Below, one piece after another: positions 1 to 8,892 of a DNA stretch of 64,000 nt. The DNA lies in NCBI GenBank assembly GCA_002737365.1, contig NSIL01000004.1, positions 128,019-192,018 of the forward strand. Direction: 5' to 3'. Position numbers and translations under genes: made by a program. The DNA comes from Acidobacterium sp. GTDB lineage: Bacteria; Acidobacteriota; Vicinamibacteria; Vicinamibacterales; UBA2999. Under the pieces are notes generated by a model. That model was not told where the DNA came from, ran no database searches, and saw nothing but the letters and a program-made list of their open reading frames with translations. Numbering within the stretch: position 1 is the stretch's first letter; every line of letters begins with the position of its first letter.

Positions 1-6
1 GGATCC

Positions 7-1701
7 ATGCGTCGGGCCGTCATCTCTCTTTGCGTCTTGTTTGCCGTTGCCGGGTGCAACCAGCCAGCGGCACCGCCGGCCGCCACCCCGGCATCACCCG
101 CCAAGAAGCTCGGCATCCGCCCCGCGGGCGATACCGAGATTCAGCCCGACCTGAGCCAGCTGCCGCCAGACGTGCAGAAGGTCTACGCGCATATCGATGA
201 CAACATCGATGCGCACGTCGAGCACCTGCAGAAGTGGATTCGCCAGCCGAGCATCTCCAACTCCGGCGAAGGCATTCCCGAGTCGGCCGAGATGGTGAAG
301 GGCTTCTTCGACGAGCTCGGCTGCCAGCAGTCGCAGGTCTTCGATGTCGGCGTCACCGAATACGGCTCGCCCGGCAACCCCGTGGTGTATGCCAAGTGCG
401 ATGAGGGCGCCGAGAAGACCGTTCTCATCTACTGGATGTACGACACCATGCCCATCACCCAGCCGGATGCCTGGACGTCGCCGCCATTCGAGGCGCGGCT
501 GGTCGAACAGGCGCCATTCAAGAAGGTGCTGATCGGCCGCGGCGCCACCAACTCGAAGGGCCCGCAGATGTCGCAGTTGAACGCCCTGCGCGCCATCAAG
601 GCCGTGCACGGCAAGCTGCCGGTCAACGTGATCTTCGTGGCCGAGGGCGACGAAGAGCGCATGGACATCGGCCTCCGTAAGTTCGTGAAGGATCATCCTG
701 ACCTGCTGGCCGGGGCCGACGCCATGCTGTTGTTTGGCGGCCAGTCGGCCAGCGGCGGTGGCAGCTACGGTGCCGGTTCGGAGGGCTGTGTCTATGTCGA
801 ACTCATCACCAGCGGCAAGGCCTGGGGCCGCGGGCCCACCGGCTCGGACATTCACGGCTCCAATAAGCGCAGCGTCGACAGCCCGGCCTGGCGCCACATC
901 AAGATGCTGTCGTCGCTCGTCTCCGAGGACGGCAACACGCCGCTGATTGAAGGCTTTTACGAGGGCATGCTGCCGATCGAGAAGTTCCAGGAGGCTGAAT
1001 TGCGCACGGCCGCCGAACGCACCGACCTGAAGGTCGCGGCTGAAAACGTCGGCGTGGCGCGGTTCACGTCAGACGATCCGTTCACCATGCTCAAGAGCCA
1101 GCGCTACGGCACCTCGTTCAACCTCGATGGCATCTGGGGCGGCAACATGTATGCCGGCGGCGCCGGCGCCATTCTGCCCAACAAGGTCACCTCGAAGCAC
1201 AACTTCCGCTATGTGCCGAACATGACTGGCCCGGGAATCGTCAAGAAACTGCGCGCCCAGCTCGACAAGAACGGCTACCAGGACGTCGAGGTCAACCTGG
1301 TCGGCGACGTGCCTTGGGCAAAGATGAGCGCCGACTCTGAACTGGGTCGTGCCATGAAGCGCACCTACGAGGTGATGAACATTCCGCACGGTGAGCCGCG
1401 CGCCGAATGGTCGATTGGCGGCGGTGGTGCCGCGGCCGGCGGCTACTGGCCCGCCTACATGTTCGGCAACGGCGAAGTGGGGGAGAAGATCTCCAGTTTC
1501 AAGGGCGTGCCGATCGTGGGCGGCGGCGCCGGCTACGGCGGCCGCGCGCACGCGGCCAATGAATATTATGTGATCGAAGGCGCCGGCAAGGTCTACGGCA
1601 TGGCGGGCGCCGAGAAGGCCGTGGCGACGTTGATGTATGCGTTTGCCGGCAAGATTCCCCCGGCTCCCGCGAAGCCGGCGCCGACCAAGACCAACGAATG
1701 A
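7..1701 (+). CDS. M20/M25/M40-family metallopeptidase (dipeptidase-like), predicted lipoprotein
   Basis: 564-aa ORF. N-terminus MRRAVISLCVLFAVAGC is a signal peptide with a lipobox Cys. M20-like blocks are present (WIRQPSISNSGEGI, RGATNSKGP, FVAEGDEE). Its stop overlaps the next start (ATGA at 1698-1701). Confidence 0.85.
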   Translation: MRRAVISLCVLFAVAGCNQPAAPPAATPASPAKKLGIRPAGDTEIQPDLSQLPPDVQKVYAHIDDNIDAHVEHLQKWIRQPSISNSGEGIPESAEMVKGFFDELGCQQSQVFDVGVTEYGSPGNPVVYAKCDEGAEKTVLIYWMYDTMPITQPDAWTSPPFEARLVEQAPFKKVLIGRGATNSKGPQMSQLNALRAIKAVHGKLPVNVIFVAEGDEERMDIGLRKFVKDHPDLLAGADAMLLFGGQSASGGGSYGAGSEGCVYVELITSGKAWGRGPTGSDIHGSNKRSVDSPAWRHIKMLSSLVSEDGNTPLIEGFYEGMLPIEKFQEAELRTAAERTDLKVAAENVGVARFTSDDPFTMLKSQRYGTSFNLDGIWGGNMYAGGAGAILPNKVTSKHNFRYVPNMTGPGIVKKLRAQLDKNGYQDVEVNLVGDVPWAKMSADSELGRAMKRTYEVMNIPHGEPRAEWSIGGGGAAAGGYWPAYMFGNGEVGEKISSFKGVPIVGGGAGYGGRAHAANEYYVIEGAGKVYGMAGAEKAVATLMYAFAGKIPPAPAKPAPTKTNE

Positions 1702-2411
1702 TTGGCGTTCACGACCTCGCCAAGCAGTATCACGTCGGCGATCACGTGGTGCACGCCCTCAAGGGCGTCTCCATGGCGATCGCCGCCGCCGAGTTCGTCA
1801 CGATTGTCGGTCCCTCGGGATCAGGCAAGTCGACGTTCATGCACATCCTTGGCTGCCTCGATCGGCCGACGACCGGCCGCTACCTGCTCAACGGGCGTGA
1901 TGTCTCGACGCTGCCACCGGATGAACTGGCCCGCGTCCGGAACGAAACGATTGGGTTTGTGTTTCAGGGTTTCAACCTGCTGGCCAGGACCTCTGCTCTC
2001 GAGAATGTCGAGTTGCCGCTGCTGTACACCAGGCAGGGTGTCGTGAAGGCGTCGGAGCGACGCGAGCGAGCCATGCGAGCGCTCGAAGCCGTGGGCCTGA
2101 CCGATCGCGCCGATCACCATCCCAACCAGCTGTCGGGCGGTCAGCAGCAGCGTGTGGCCATCGCGCGCGCCCTGGTGACCCAGCCGTCACTCCTGCTGGC
2201 AGACGAGCCCACCGGAAATCTCGACAGCACCACCAGCCACGAGGTCATGGAGATCTTCGCGCGGCTCAGCAGTGATCGGGGACTCACCGTCGTGGTGATC
2301 ACTCACGAGCGCGACATCGCAGCCTATGGCACACGGACCGTGGATTTCAAGGACGGCCTGATCGTGTCGGACAAGGCCAACGACGCTCGCGTGCCCGCCC
2401 AGGTTGGATAA
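1698..2411 (+). CDS. ABC transporter ATP-binding protein, MacB/LolD-type
   Basis: Walker A GPSGSGKST, signature LSGGQQQR, Walker B LLLADEPTGNLD. Translationally coupled to the upstream peptidase. Confidence 0.93.
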   Translation: MIGVHDLAKQYHVGDHVVHALKGVSMAIAAAEFVTIVGPSGSGKSTFMHILGCLDRPTTGRYLLNGRDVSTLPPDELARVRNETIGFVFQGFNLLARTSALENVELPLLYTRQGVVKASERRERAMRALEAVGLTDRADHHPNQLSGGQQQRVAIARALVTQPSLLLADEPTGNLDSTTSHEVMEIFARLSSDRGLTVVVITHERDIAAYGTRTVDFKDGLIVSDKANDARVPAQVG

Positions 2412-2428
2412 ACGCCGGTGAAGAAACC

Positions 2429-3916
2429 GTGAAGAACTTCCTGCGTCATCCCGTCGTCGACACCGCGATCAAGGCTCTCAGTCGCAACCGGCTGCAGACC
2501 GTGCTGACGATGCTTGGCATCGCCGTGGGTGTGGCGACCGTGTTGGCGATGATGGCCGTGGGGGCGGGCGCGCAGCGGTCCATCGAGCAGCAAGTGCGCG
2601 CGGCGGGTCTCAATCAGATCACCATTCGTGCCGGCAACTGGCGACCCAAGGTGACTGACAGCGACGAAGCCGTCGCTCACCAGGGTGATGCGCGCGAGTC
2701 ACTGCGGCATCCGCTCGATCGGCTGAACGACGATGTGTTGCCGATCACCTTCCATCCGGAAGACGATCCGATGGAGAAACACGATCACCCGACGGCGCGT
2801 CAGCGCCTGGGTGACCTCGAAGCCGGGCTTGGCTCTGCGGCCACCATGACGTTTGACGATGCGGAAGCGCTGCGGCAACTGCCGGGCGTGCAGTATGTGG
2901 CCGGTGGCATCCACGAGAACGTGCGCGTCCATCTAGATGCGAAGCGGTGGTTCACGCGCATGCACGGCACCGACGTGATGATGCCGTCGATCAAGCGGGC
3001 GTGGGCCTTTTCCAGCGGCCGCTTCTTCACCGCGCGCGAACAGGAACGCGGTGCCCAGGTCGTGGTGCTGGGCCAGGTGGTCGCCGACAAGCTGTTCGGC
3101 CCAGGCGCGACACCGGTGGGACGCGACGTCGCCCTGTGGAACCAGCAGTTCGAAGTCATCGGCGTCGTCACCAGCGCCACCTGGGTGGTGCAGCCGGCGG
3201 CCGGTGACGACCAGTTCGATGCCGTCTACATGCCGTACACGACGACGCAGCGGCTGCTGAATTTGTCGAAGCTGAACGACATCACGGTGACGGCGGAATC
3301 GTCTGGCGATATCTCGCGGCTGTCCCGTGAGATCACCAAGCTGTTGCGCGTGCGTCATGGCATTGGCGACAACGAGGCAGATGACTTTACTTTGATCACG
3401 CAGGCAACCAAAGCGCTGACCACCGGCGGCTTGCCGCCGAGTGTGGCGCGCGCCGTGGCCTCGAACGTGGCCGAGCTTGAGAAAGTCACGCTTGAACAAC
3501 TGGCGATGACCATGGAGCGGGCGAGCCGGACCATGACGTGGCTGCTGGCGGCGGTGGCGGCGGTGTCGCTGCTGGTCGGTGGCATCGGCATCATGAACAT
3601 TACGCTGCTGTCGGTGACCGAGCGCACGCGCGAGATCGGCTTGCGAATGGCGGTGGGTGCTCGCGGCAAGGACGTGATGCGCCAGTTCCTGTTCGAGGCC
3701 GTCGTCATCAGCGCCGCCGGCGGACTGGCCGGCATTGTCGTTGGCATGATCGCGTCGATCGGCATCGCCCGCCTGCTGCAATGGGCGACCGTCGTCTCGC
3801 CATGGTCGGTGGCCCTCGCGTTCGGCATCGCCACGGCGGTTGGGGTGTTTTTCGGCTGGTACCCGGCCCGCCGCGCCTCGAAACTGGATCCGATCGTCGC
3901 GCTGCGCCGAGACTAG
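2429..3916 (+). CDS. ABC transporter permease, MacB/FtsX family with large periplasmic domain
   Basis: GTG start. N-terminal TM (LRNRLQTVLTMLGIAVGVATV), long extracytoplasmic segment, and a C-terminal FtsX 3-TM block (GGIGIMNITLLSVTERTREIGLRMAVGA...YPARRASKLDPIVALR). Confidence 0.9.
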   Translation: MKNFLRHPVVDTAIKALSRNRLQTVLTMLGIAVGVATVLAMMAVGAGAQRSIEQQVRAAGLNQITIRAGNWRPKVTDSDEAVAHQGDARESLRHPLDRLNDDVLPITFHPEDDPMEKHDHPTARQRLGDLEAGLGSAATMTFDDAEALRQLPGVQYVAGGIHENVRVHLDAKRWFTRMHGTDVMMPSIKRAWAFSSGRFFTAREQERGAQVVVLGQVVADKLFGPGATPVGRDVALWNQQFEVIGVVTSATWVVQPAAGDDQFDAVYMPYTTTQRLLNLSKLNDITVTAESSGDISRLSREITKLLRVRHGIGDNEADDFTLITQATKALTTGGLPPSVARAVASNVAELEKVTLEQLAMTMERASRTMTWLLAAVAAVSLLVGGIGIMNITLLSVTERTREIGLRMAVGARGKDVMRQFLFEAVVISAAGGLAGIVVGMIASIGIARLLQWATVVSPWSVALAFGIATAVGVFFGWYPARRASKLDPIVALRRD

Positions 3917-3977
3917 TTCCCAGGCTTCCACCTTCGCCAAGGCTACGGCGGACAGGCCTTTTGGAGAAACGAGACCG

Positions 3978-5315
3978 ATGCTTCAGTTCGTTTATGTGAG
4001 CGCGCAGATTGCGGTTCGCGCACTGGGCCGTAACCGACTTCGGACGGGCCTCACCATGCTTGGTGTGGTGATCGGCGTCGCCGCCGTGATTGCGATGGTG
4101 GCGCTTGGCACCGGCGCCCGCGGTTCGGTCGAGACGTCACTGAAGTCGGCCGGTACCAATATCATCCAGGTCAGTGCGGGCAATTTCACCCGTGGCGGCG
4201 AGAGCATGAACATCGCCAGCGGCCTGGGAGCGGCAACCACGCTGACGGCCGAGGATGCCGGCGTGATCCGACAGATCGCCGGTGTGCAACACGTGGCCGG
4301 CGGCGTGCGCAATCGCGCGTTTGCCAAGTCGGCCCATCGCCAGTTCTTCACGCAGATTCGCGGCGTCGATCCGGCGCTCGCCGACATTCACGGCTGGGAA
4401 TGGTTGGGGGGCCGGTTTGAAGTGGGCTCGGAGCGCGCTGTGATGGGCCGGGCGGCGAGTCGCGAGCTGTTTGGTGAAGGGTTCGACCCGGTGGGGGAGA
4501 AGATCACGATCGGCGATCAGACGTTGGTCGTGGCCGGATACTTCCGCACCAACGACACCGACATGGACGAAACCGTGTTCGTGCCGCTCGCGACAGGACA
4601 AGCGATGTGGAACGTGCGTCACCTGCACACGATCACGGTGTCAGTGGAGCAGGCGGGGGATGCCAGTCGCGTCGCAGCAGCCATTACCGATCTCTTGCGA
4701 GAACGCCACCAGCGCGGGCGTCAGGCGACTCGCGCCACTGGGCTCGGCGGCCTCCAGGCGCCGGGAGCCATGGCCGGCGCCGACGACTTCACGGTCAAGA
4801 CGCAAGCGGCGGCCAATGTGACCAAGGGGCTTTATACCTCGGTGGCAGCCTTCGCGCTGGCGAACATGCCCAAGCTTGATCAGGTCACACTGCAGGAAAT
4901 GTCGAGCACGCTCAGCCGTGCGGGCGCCACGATGACGGCGCTACTGGGCAGCATTGCCGCCATCTCGTTGATCGTCGGCGGCATTGGCATCATGAACATC
5001 ATGCTGGTGTCGGTGACCGAGCGGACCAAGGAGATTGGCATCCGGCTGGCGGTCGGCGCTCGCCGTCGGGACGTGCTGGTCCAGTTCCTGGTCGAAGCCA
5101 TGGTGATGAGCCTGATCGGTGGCGCGATCGGTGTCGTCATTGGTCTCGCCGCGGCCGAAGGGCTGACCGCCGTGCTCGACTGGCCGACCGAGGTGTCGCT
5201 GACCACGGTGGTGTCGGCGTTTGCGATTGCCGCGCTCGTCGGGATTGTCTTCGGGTACTACCCAGCACGACGCGCCTCGCGCCTGGATCCGATCGACTCC
5301 CTGCGCTATGAGTAA
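3978..5315 (+). CDS. second MacB/FtsX-family ABC permease (paralog of 2429..3916)
   Basis: The track ORF starts at 3840. I prefer ATG 3978 (MLQFVYVSAQIAVRALGRNRLRTGLTMLGVV) because GGAGA lies 10 nt upstream. Same C-terminal FtsX block (GGIGIMNIMLVSVTERTKEIGIRLAVGA...YPARRASRLDPIDSLRYE). Confidence 0.88.
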   Translation: MLQFVYVSAQIAVRALGRNRLRTGLTMLGVVIGVAAVIAMVALGTGARGSVETSLKSAGTNIIQVSAGNFTRGGESMNIASGLGAATTLTAEDAGVIRQIAGVQHVAGGVRNRAFAKSAHRQFFTQIRGVDPALADIHGWEWLGGRFEVGSERAVMGRAASRELFGEGFDPVGEKITIGDQTLVVAGYFRTNDTDMDETVFVPLATGQAMWNVRHLHTITVSVEQAGDASRVAAAITDLLRERHQRGRQATRATGLGGLQAPGAMAGADDFTVKTQAAANVTKGLYTSVAAFALANMPKLDQVTLQEMSSTLSRAGATMTALLGSIAAISLIVGGIGIMNIMLVSVTERTKEIGIRLAVGARRRDVLVQFLVEAMVMSLIGGAIGVVIGLAAAEGLTAVLDWPTEVSLTTVVSAFAIAALVGIVFGYYPARRASRLDPIDSLRYE

Positions 5316-5628
5316 AGCATCGGCGATGATTCTGTGTCGTGCCGTCAGCATTCTGGTCTTGGTCCTCGTTGGCGTCGCGTATCGGTTCGGGTTGGGTGGT
5401 GCCCCCGTGTATCTCGGTGACGATGAAGCGCACTTCGCCGTCGGCAGCGACGCCATCGCGGCGACCGGCCGCAACCTGAACGGCGACTTCCTGCCACTGT
5501 TCTTCAACCTTGCCGATCCACAGAGCGATCCCCAGGACCTGGCCGGTGCGCCGTCGCGGAAATCATCAACGACATCGACCGACGCCCCTCCGCGGCGATC
5601 CTTCGCCGGGTCGGCCCCTGACGCGTGA
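5308..5628 (+). other. short ORF, possibly an N-terminal remnant of a polytopic membrane (glycosyltransferase-like) gene
   Basis: ATG 5308 overlaps the stop of the permease. It encodes one TM helix (ILCRAVSILVLVLVGVAY) and a ...DDEAHFAVGSDAIAATGRNLNGDFLPLFFNLADP... segment, then degenerates into a Pro/Ser/Arg-rich tail. No full-length partner frame was found. Confidence 0.25.
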
Positions 5629-5642
5629 TCTACCACTCTGGC

Positions 5643-7403
5643 ATGCGGTTTCCCCGTCAGCGCGCGCTACTCTTGGTCGCGCTCTACGGCGTCCTGAGTG
5701 TCGTCTTTTGCGCCGCCCTCTTCGAGCACCCCAATCGACTGGGCGTCAACGACTGGGACCAGCATCTCTTCTACTACGGTGCCGTACTGAAGAATGTCGT
5801 CGAGTACGGCCAGGCGCCGTTCTGGAATCCGTGGTACTGCGGTGGCAACGTGCTGTGGCAGAACCCGCAAGTCGGCCTGCTGAGTCCGGTCTACCCGCTG
5901 GCGTTGGTCGTGCCCCTGCAGTTGGCGATGAAGATCAACATCGTGCTGCACTACTGGGTCGGCTTCATCGGCATGCACGTGTTGCTCACGCGCGTGGTGG
6001 GGCTGACGTTTGTCCCGGCGGTGGTCTTCCTGGCCACGCTCGTCACGGCGGCCGGTGCACCGGCCATTCATGTCGCGGTCGGGCACAGCGTGTTCCTGCC
6101 TGGGTTCTATTTGCCGGCCATGCTGTATTTCCTGTTTCGCGCCTTCACGACCGGCGCGATTAAGGACGCGTTGCTCGCCGCTGCGATTCTCGCGCTGATG
6201 GTCTTCAACGGCGGGGTCCACATTCTGCCCATGGCGCTTGCCTCGGTCGGATTCTTCGCCGCGCTGGCCGCCGCCATGACGCGCCGCGTGCGGCCGTTGG
6301 TCGTCACGCTGGTGTTTGTCGCGGCAGGGCTGGCTTATGCGGCACCCAAGCTGCTGCCCGTCAGCTTGTTCGTATCCGACGAGCGGTTCTGGGATACCCG
6401 CAATCCCACCGAGCATCCCGATCGCATGACGCTCGAGATGGTCACCCACACGTACTTGAATCCCGACCAGAGTCTTCGCACTAAGCTGGATCAACAGCGG
6501 CATGGCTGGCACGAGTACGGCAACTACATCGGGCCGGCCTCGGCGCTGTTGTTGGTCGCCGGATTGTTCGTGGCCTTGTGGGGTCGCGGGGCGCCCGATG
6601 CGTGGTTGGGCCGAGCCCTCGCGCTGACAGCAGCATTCCTGTTTGTGTTGTCGCTCGGAGAGTTCAGTGCCTGGGCGCCGGCCTCGTTGTTGAAGCACCT
6701 CCCGCTGTTCTCGAGTTTCAGGATTCCAAGCCGTTACACGATTCCATCATTGCTGTTTGGCGCGATGGCCCTGGGCTGGGTCGTGCGTGGGTTCGCGCTC
6801 GATGCACGTTCGCGCGTCGTTCAGGTCGTCGCCGGCGTGCTCTGCCTGGCGATCGCCGCGCATCTGATTAGCGTGAACCGGGCCCAGTTCAAGGGCGTAT
6901 TCAGCGTCGAGCCGTTCGACACGACATTTCCGTGGCTGGGCGGACCGAATGACGGCATCACGACTGACTTCGAGTCCAGTGCCTACACGCGCACGTCGCC
7001 CATGCTGCGCGCGCTCATGAGCGACCGGTTCTTTTACTACTGCTATGAATCGCTGCAGTTAGTCCGCAACTCAAGTCCAGAGAAGCCGTTGCTGTTCACC
7101 GAGGACGAAGCGACCATTACCGGGGCCAGGTTCACACCCAATCGAGTGGACTTCGCGATTGTTGGTGCCGCCACGCCCACGCGTTTGTACCTGAACTACA
7201 ACTGGGGGCCCGGCTGGACCAGCACGGCCGGCACCGTCGAGCATCCACCCGAGCGCATTGCCTCGGTCATGCTGCAGCCAGGCCAGACGGGCCGGTATGT
7301 CTTCTCGTTCGTTCCGCCAGGGCTCTGGGCCGGGATCGGAATCTTCCTGGCCGCTCTCGGACTGTCGTTCGTGGTGTGGCGCCGCTTGCTGCTACTTCGC
7401 TGA
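5643..7403 (+). CDS. large polytopic integral membrane protein, function unknown (GT-C/YfhO-like architecture is a guess)
   Basis: About 586 aa from ATG 5643 (MRFPRQRALLLVALYG). At least 10 hydrophobic helices are followed by a soluble C-terminal domain and a final TM. No catalytic motif recognised by eye. Confidence 0.7.
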   Translation: MRFPRQRALLLVALYGVLSVVFCAALFEHPNRLGVNDWDQHLFYYGAVLKNVVEYGQAPFWNPWYCGGNVLWQNPQVGLLSPVYPLALVVPLQLAMKINIVLHYWVGFIGMHVLLTRVVGLTFVPAVVFLATLVTAAGAPAIHVAVGHSVFLPGFYLPAMLYFLFRAFTTGAIKDALLAAAILALMVFNGGVHILPMALASVGFFAALAAAMTRRVRPLVVTLVFVAAGLAYAAPKLLPVSLFVSDERFWDTRNPTEHPDRMTLEMVTHTYLNPDQSLRTKLDQQRHGWHEYGNYIGPASALLLVAGLFVALWGRGAPDAWLGRALALTAAFLFVLSLGEFSAWAPASLLKHLPLFSSFRIPSRYTIPSLLFGAMALGWVVRGFALDARSRVVQVVAGVLCLAIAAHLISVNRAQFKGVFSVEPFDTTFPWLGGPNDGITTDFESSAYTRTSPMLRALMSDRFFYYCYESLQLVRNSSPEKPLLFTEDEATITGARFTPNRVDFAIVGAATPTRLYLNYNWGPGWTSTAGTVEHPPERIASVMLQPGQTGRYVFSFVPPGLWAGIGIFLAALGLSFVVWRRLLLLR

Positions 7404-7865
7404 GACCACGAATGGCAGCTCGACCTCGAACGGCTCTCCGCGCGTCAGGTAGGTTATCTTCACCATCACATCTTCGCCGGCAACCGGCTTGCCGTCGGCC
7501 ACCCAGCTCTCGCCGCTATCGTCGATGCCGAGGGCAATCTCTTCCGGTGCCGCATCCTGGCGCGACACGACCACCATCACCTTCGAGGCCACCGACGCCG
7601 GCAGGTCTTCGCGCACTGAGTCACTGAACCAGATGCGATGCTTGCCGCCGCGATCGAGCACCACCTCGTAGTGCACCTCGCCGTTCATCATTACCAGGCC
7701 GCCGTGATGCGCCGAGTGATCCCCATGCGGCGTCGTGATGCCCGCATGCTGCGCGTCGTTGGGCTTCGGCGCCGGCGTGGCAGCGGGCGCCGCGGGGGTT
7801 GAGCACGCGACACTGAGCACCACCGCCCCCAAGCCCCCAAGCCACCAAGCCCCCCAGCTCCTCAT
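7392..7865 (-). CDS. small His-rich lipoprotein, function unknown
   Basis: 157 aa from ATG 7865 within the 452-aa track ORF. MRSWGAWWLGGLGAVVLSVAC is a signal peptide with a lipobox. His-rich stretch HAGITTPHGDHSAHHGG. Its ATG overlaps the TGA of the upstream formamidase (tcat at 7862-7865). Confidence 0.65.
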   Translation of the reverse strand: MRSWGAWWLGGLGAVVLSVACSTPAAPAATPAPKPNDAQHAGITTPHGDHSAHHGGLVMMNGEVHYEVVLDRGGKHRIWFSDSVREDLPASVASKVMVVVSRQDAAPEEIALGIDDSGESWVADGKPVAGEDVMVKITYLTRGEPFEVELPFVVSAK

Positions 7866-8875
7866 CGAAAGATTCCCTTGGGCATCTTGACGTGAACGCC
7901 CATGGTGCCGTCCACCAGCTGAGTGATTGCCACATCCCCGGCCATGCTGGTGAGCTGGTAGGCCTGATGCTTGTCCATCTTGCGGGTGGCCGCCAGGAAG
8001 TCGACCATCTCCTGGATTGCGATGCGCGTCGCCTTGGTGAGGTCGACGTCCGTGCCCATGCTGATGAAGTGGGTGCTGGTTTCGGCGCGCGGCCAGGCCA
8101 GCGTCATGCCCTTGCGGACGGTGAGCTGCACTTTGCCGCGGAGCGAGGTCTCGAGTCCGGTCTGGTCGACCTCGCCATCGCCCTGCGCGGCATGTCCGTC
8201 GCCAATCTCGAACAGGGCGCCCGGCACGTGCACGGGAATCCACAGCGTGGTGCCGGCGACCAGTTCCTTGTTGTCGAGATTGCCGGCGTGGATGCCCGGC
8301 GGATTGCTGCTGACGCGGCCCTGTGCCGGCGGCGGTGCCACGCCCATGCTGCCAAAAAATGGCCTCAGCGGGATCATGGCCCCCATGAACGAGGCTGTCA
8401 TGGCCTTGCGGTCCATCTGGATGATGGTGGGCCCGCGGCCCGAGACGCAGTTCTCGCGGACGAATCCGCTGCAACCGTTGTAGCCGTACGAAATCGGCAG
8501 GTCGATCGACAGCAGCTTGACCTCGAGTGCATCGCCCGGCTCGGCGCCGGTGATGAAGACCGGGCCGGTCAGGATGTGTCCGCCCGGGCCGCGGTCGGTC
8601 ACTTTCTCGACGATGGCGCGCAGCGAGGCCTGGACGTCGGCGGCGGGCACGCCGGCCTTCTCGAGGCGATCCGGCACCGATGTCAGCAGCGTGTCTACAT
8701 CGATGACGTCGCCGGATGCGATGGTCAAAACCGGCTTGGTCTCGGACCAATAGTGTCCGTAGGCGACGGTGGTGGGTGTGGCTTCCAGCCGGTGGGTCTT
8801 AGGGGATTGGGCGGCGGCCGAGGCGCCCAGCAGGCAGGCCAGGGCGACAATTAGAGACGTATTCGTGCCCGTCAT
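7862..8875 (-). CDS. acetamidase/formamidase-family amidohydrolase with N-terminal signal peptide
   Basis: 337 aa. FmdA/AmdA-type block FEIGDGHAAQGDGEV. N-terminus MTGTNTSLIVALACLLGASAAAQ looks like a cleavable signal peptide. Confidence 0.85.
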   Translation of the reverse strand: MTGTNTSLIVALACLLGASAAAQSPKTHRLEATPTTVAYGHYWSETKPVLTIASGDVIDVDTLLTSVPDRLEKAGVPAADVQASLRAIVEKVTDRGPGGHILTGPVFITGAEPGDALEVKLLSIDLPISYGYNGCSGFVRENCVSGRGPTIIQMDRKAMTASFMGAMIPLRPFFGSMGVAPPPAQGRVSSNPPGIHAGNLDNKELVAGTTLWIPVHVPGALFEIGDGHAAQGDGEVDQTGLETSLRGKVQLTVRKGMTLAWPRAETSTHFISMGTDVDLTKATRIAIQEMVDFLAATRKMDKHQAYQLTSMAGDVAITQLVDGTMGVHVKMPKGIFR

Positions 8876-8892
8876 CCGCGCATTCTACTCCT

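Noticed and set aside
2933-3940. 335-aa minus-strand ORF, plus similar ones at 7892..8854 (+), 8896..9603 (-), 31053..31745 (+), 32130..33101 (+), 43733..44905 (+), 54769..55722 (-), 59579..60388 (-), 60495..61262 (-) and 61784..62488 (-)
   Set aside because: All lie opposite or out of frame to motif-validated genes and have the Arg/Gly/Pro/His-rich composition of non-coding frames in GC-rich DNA.
5667-6698. 343-aa minus-strand ORF
   Set aside because: Antisense to the polytopic membrane protein. It is hydrophilic and Arg/Gln/Asp-rich, the mirror image of TM-helix codons.
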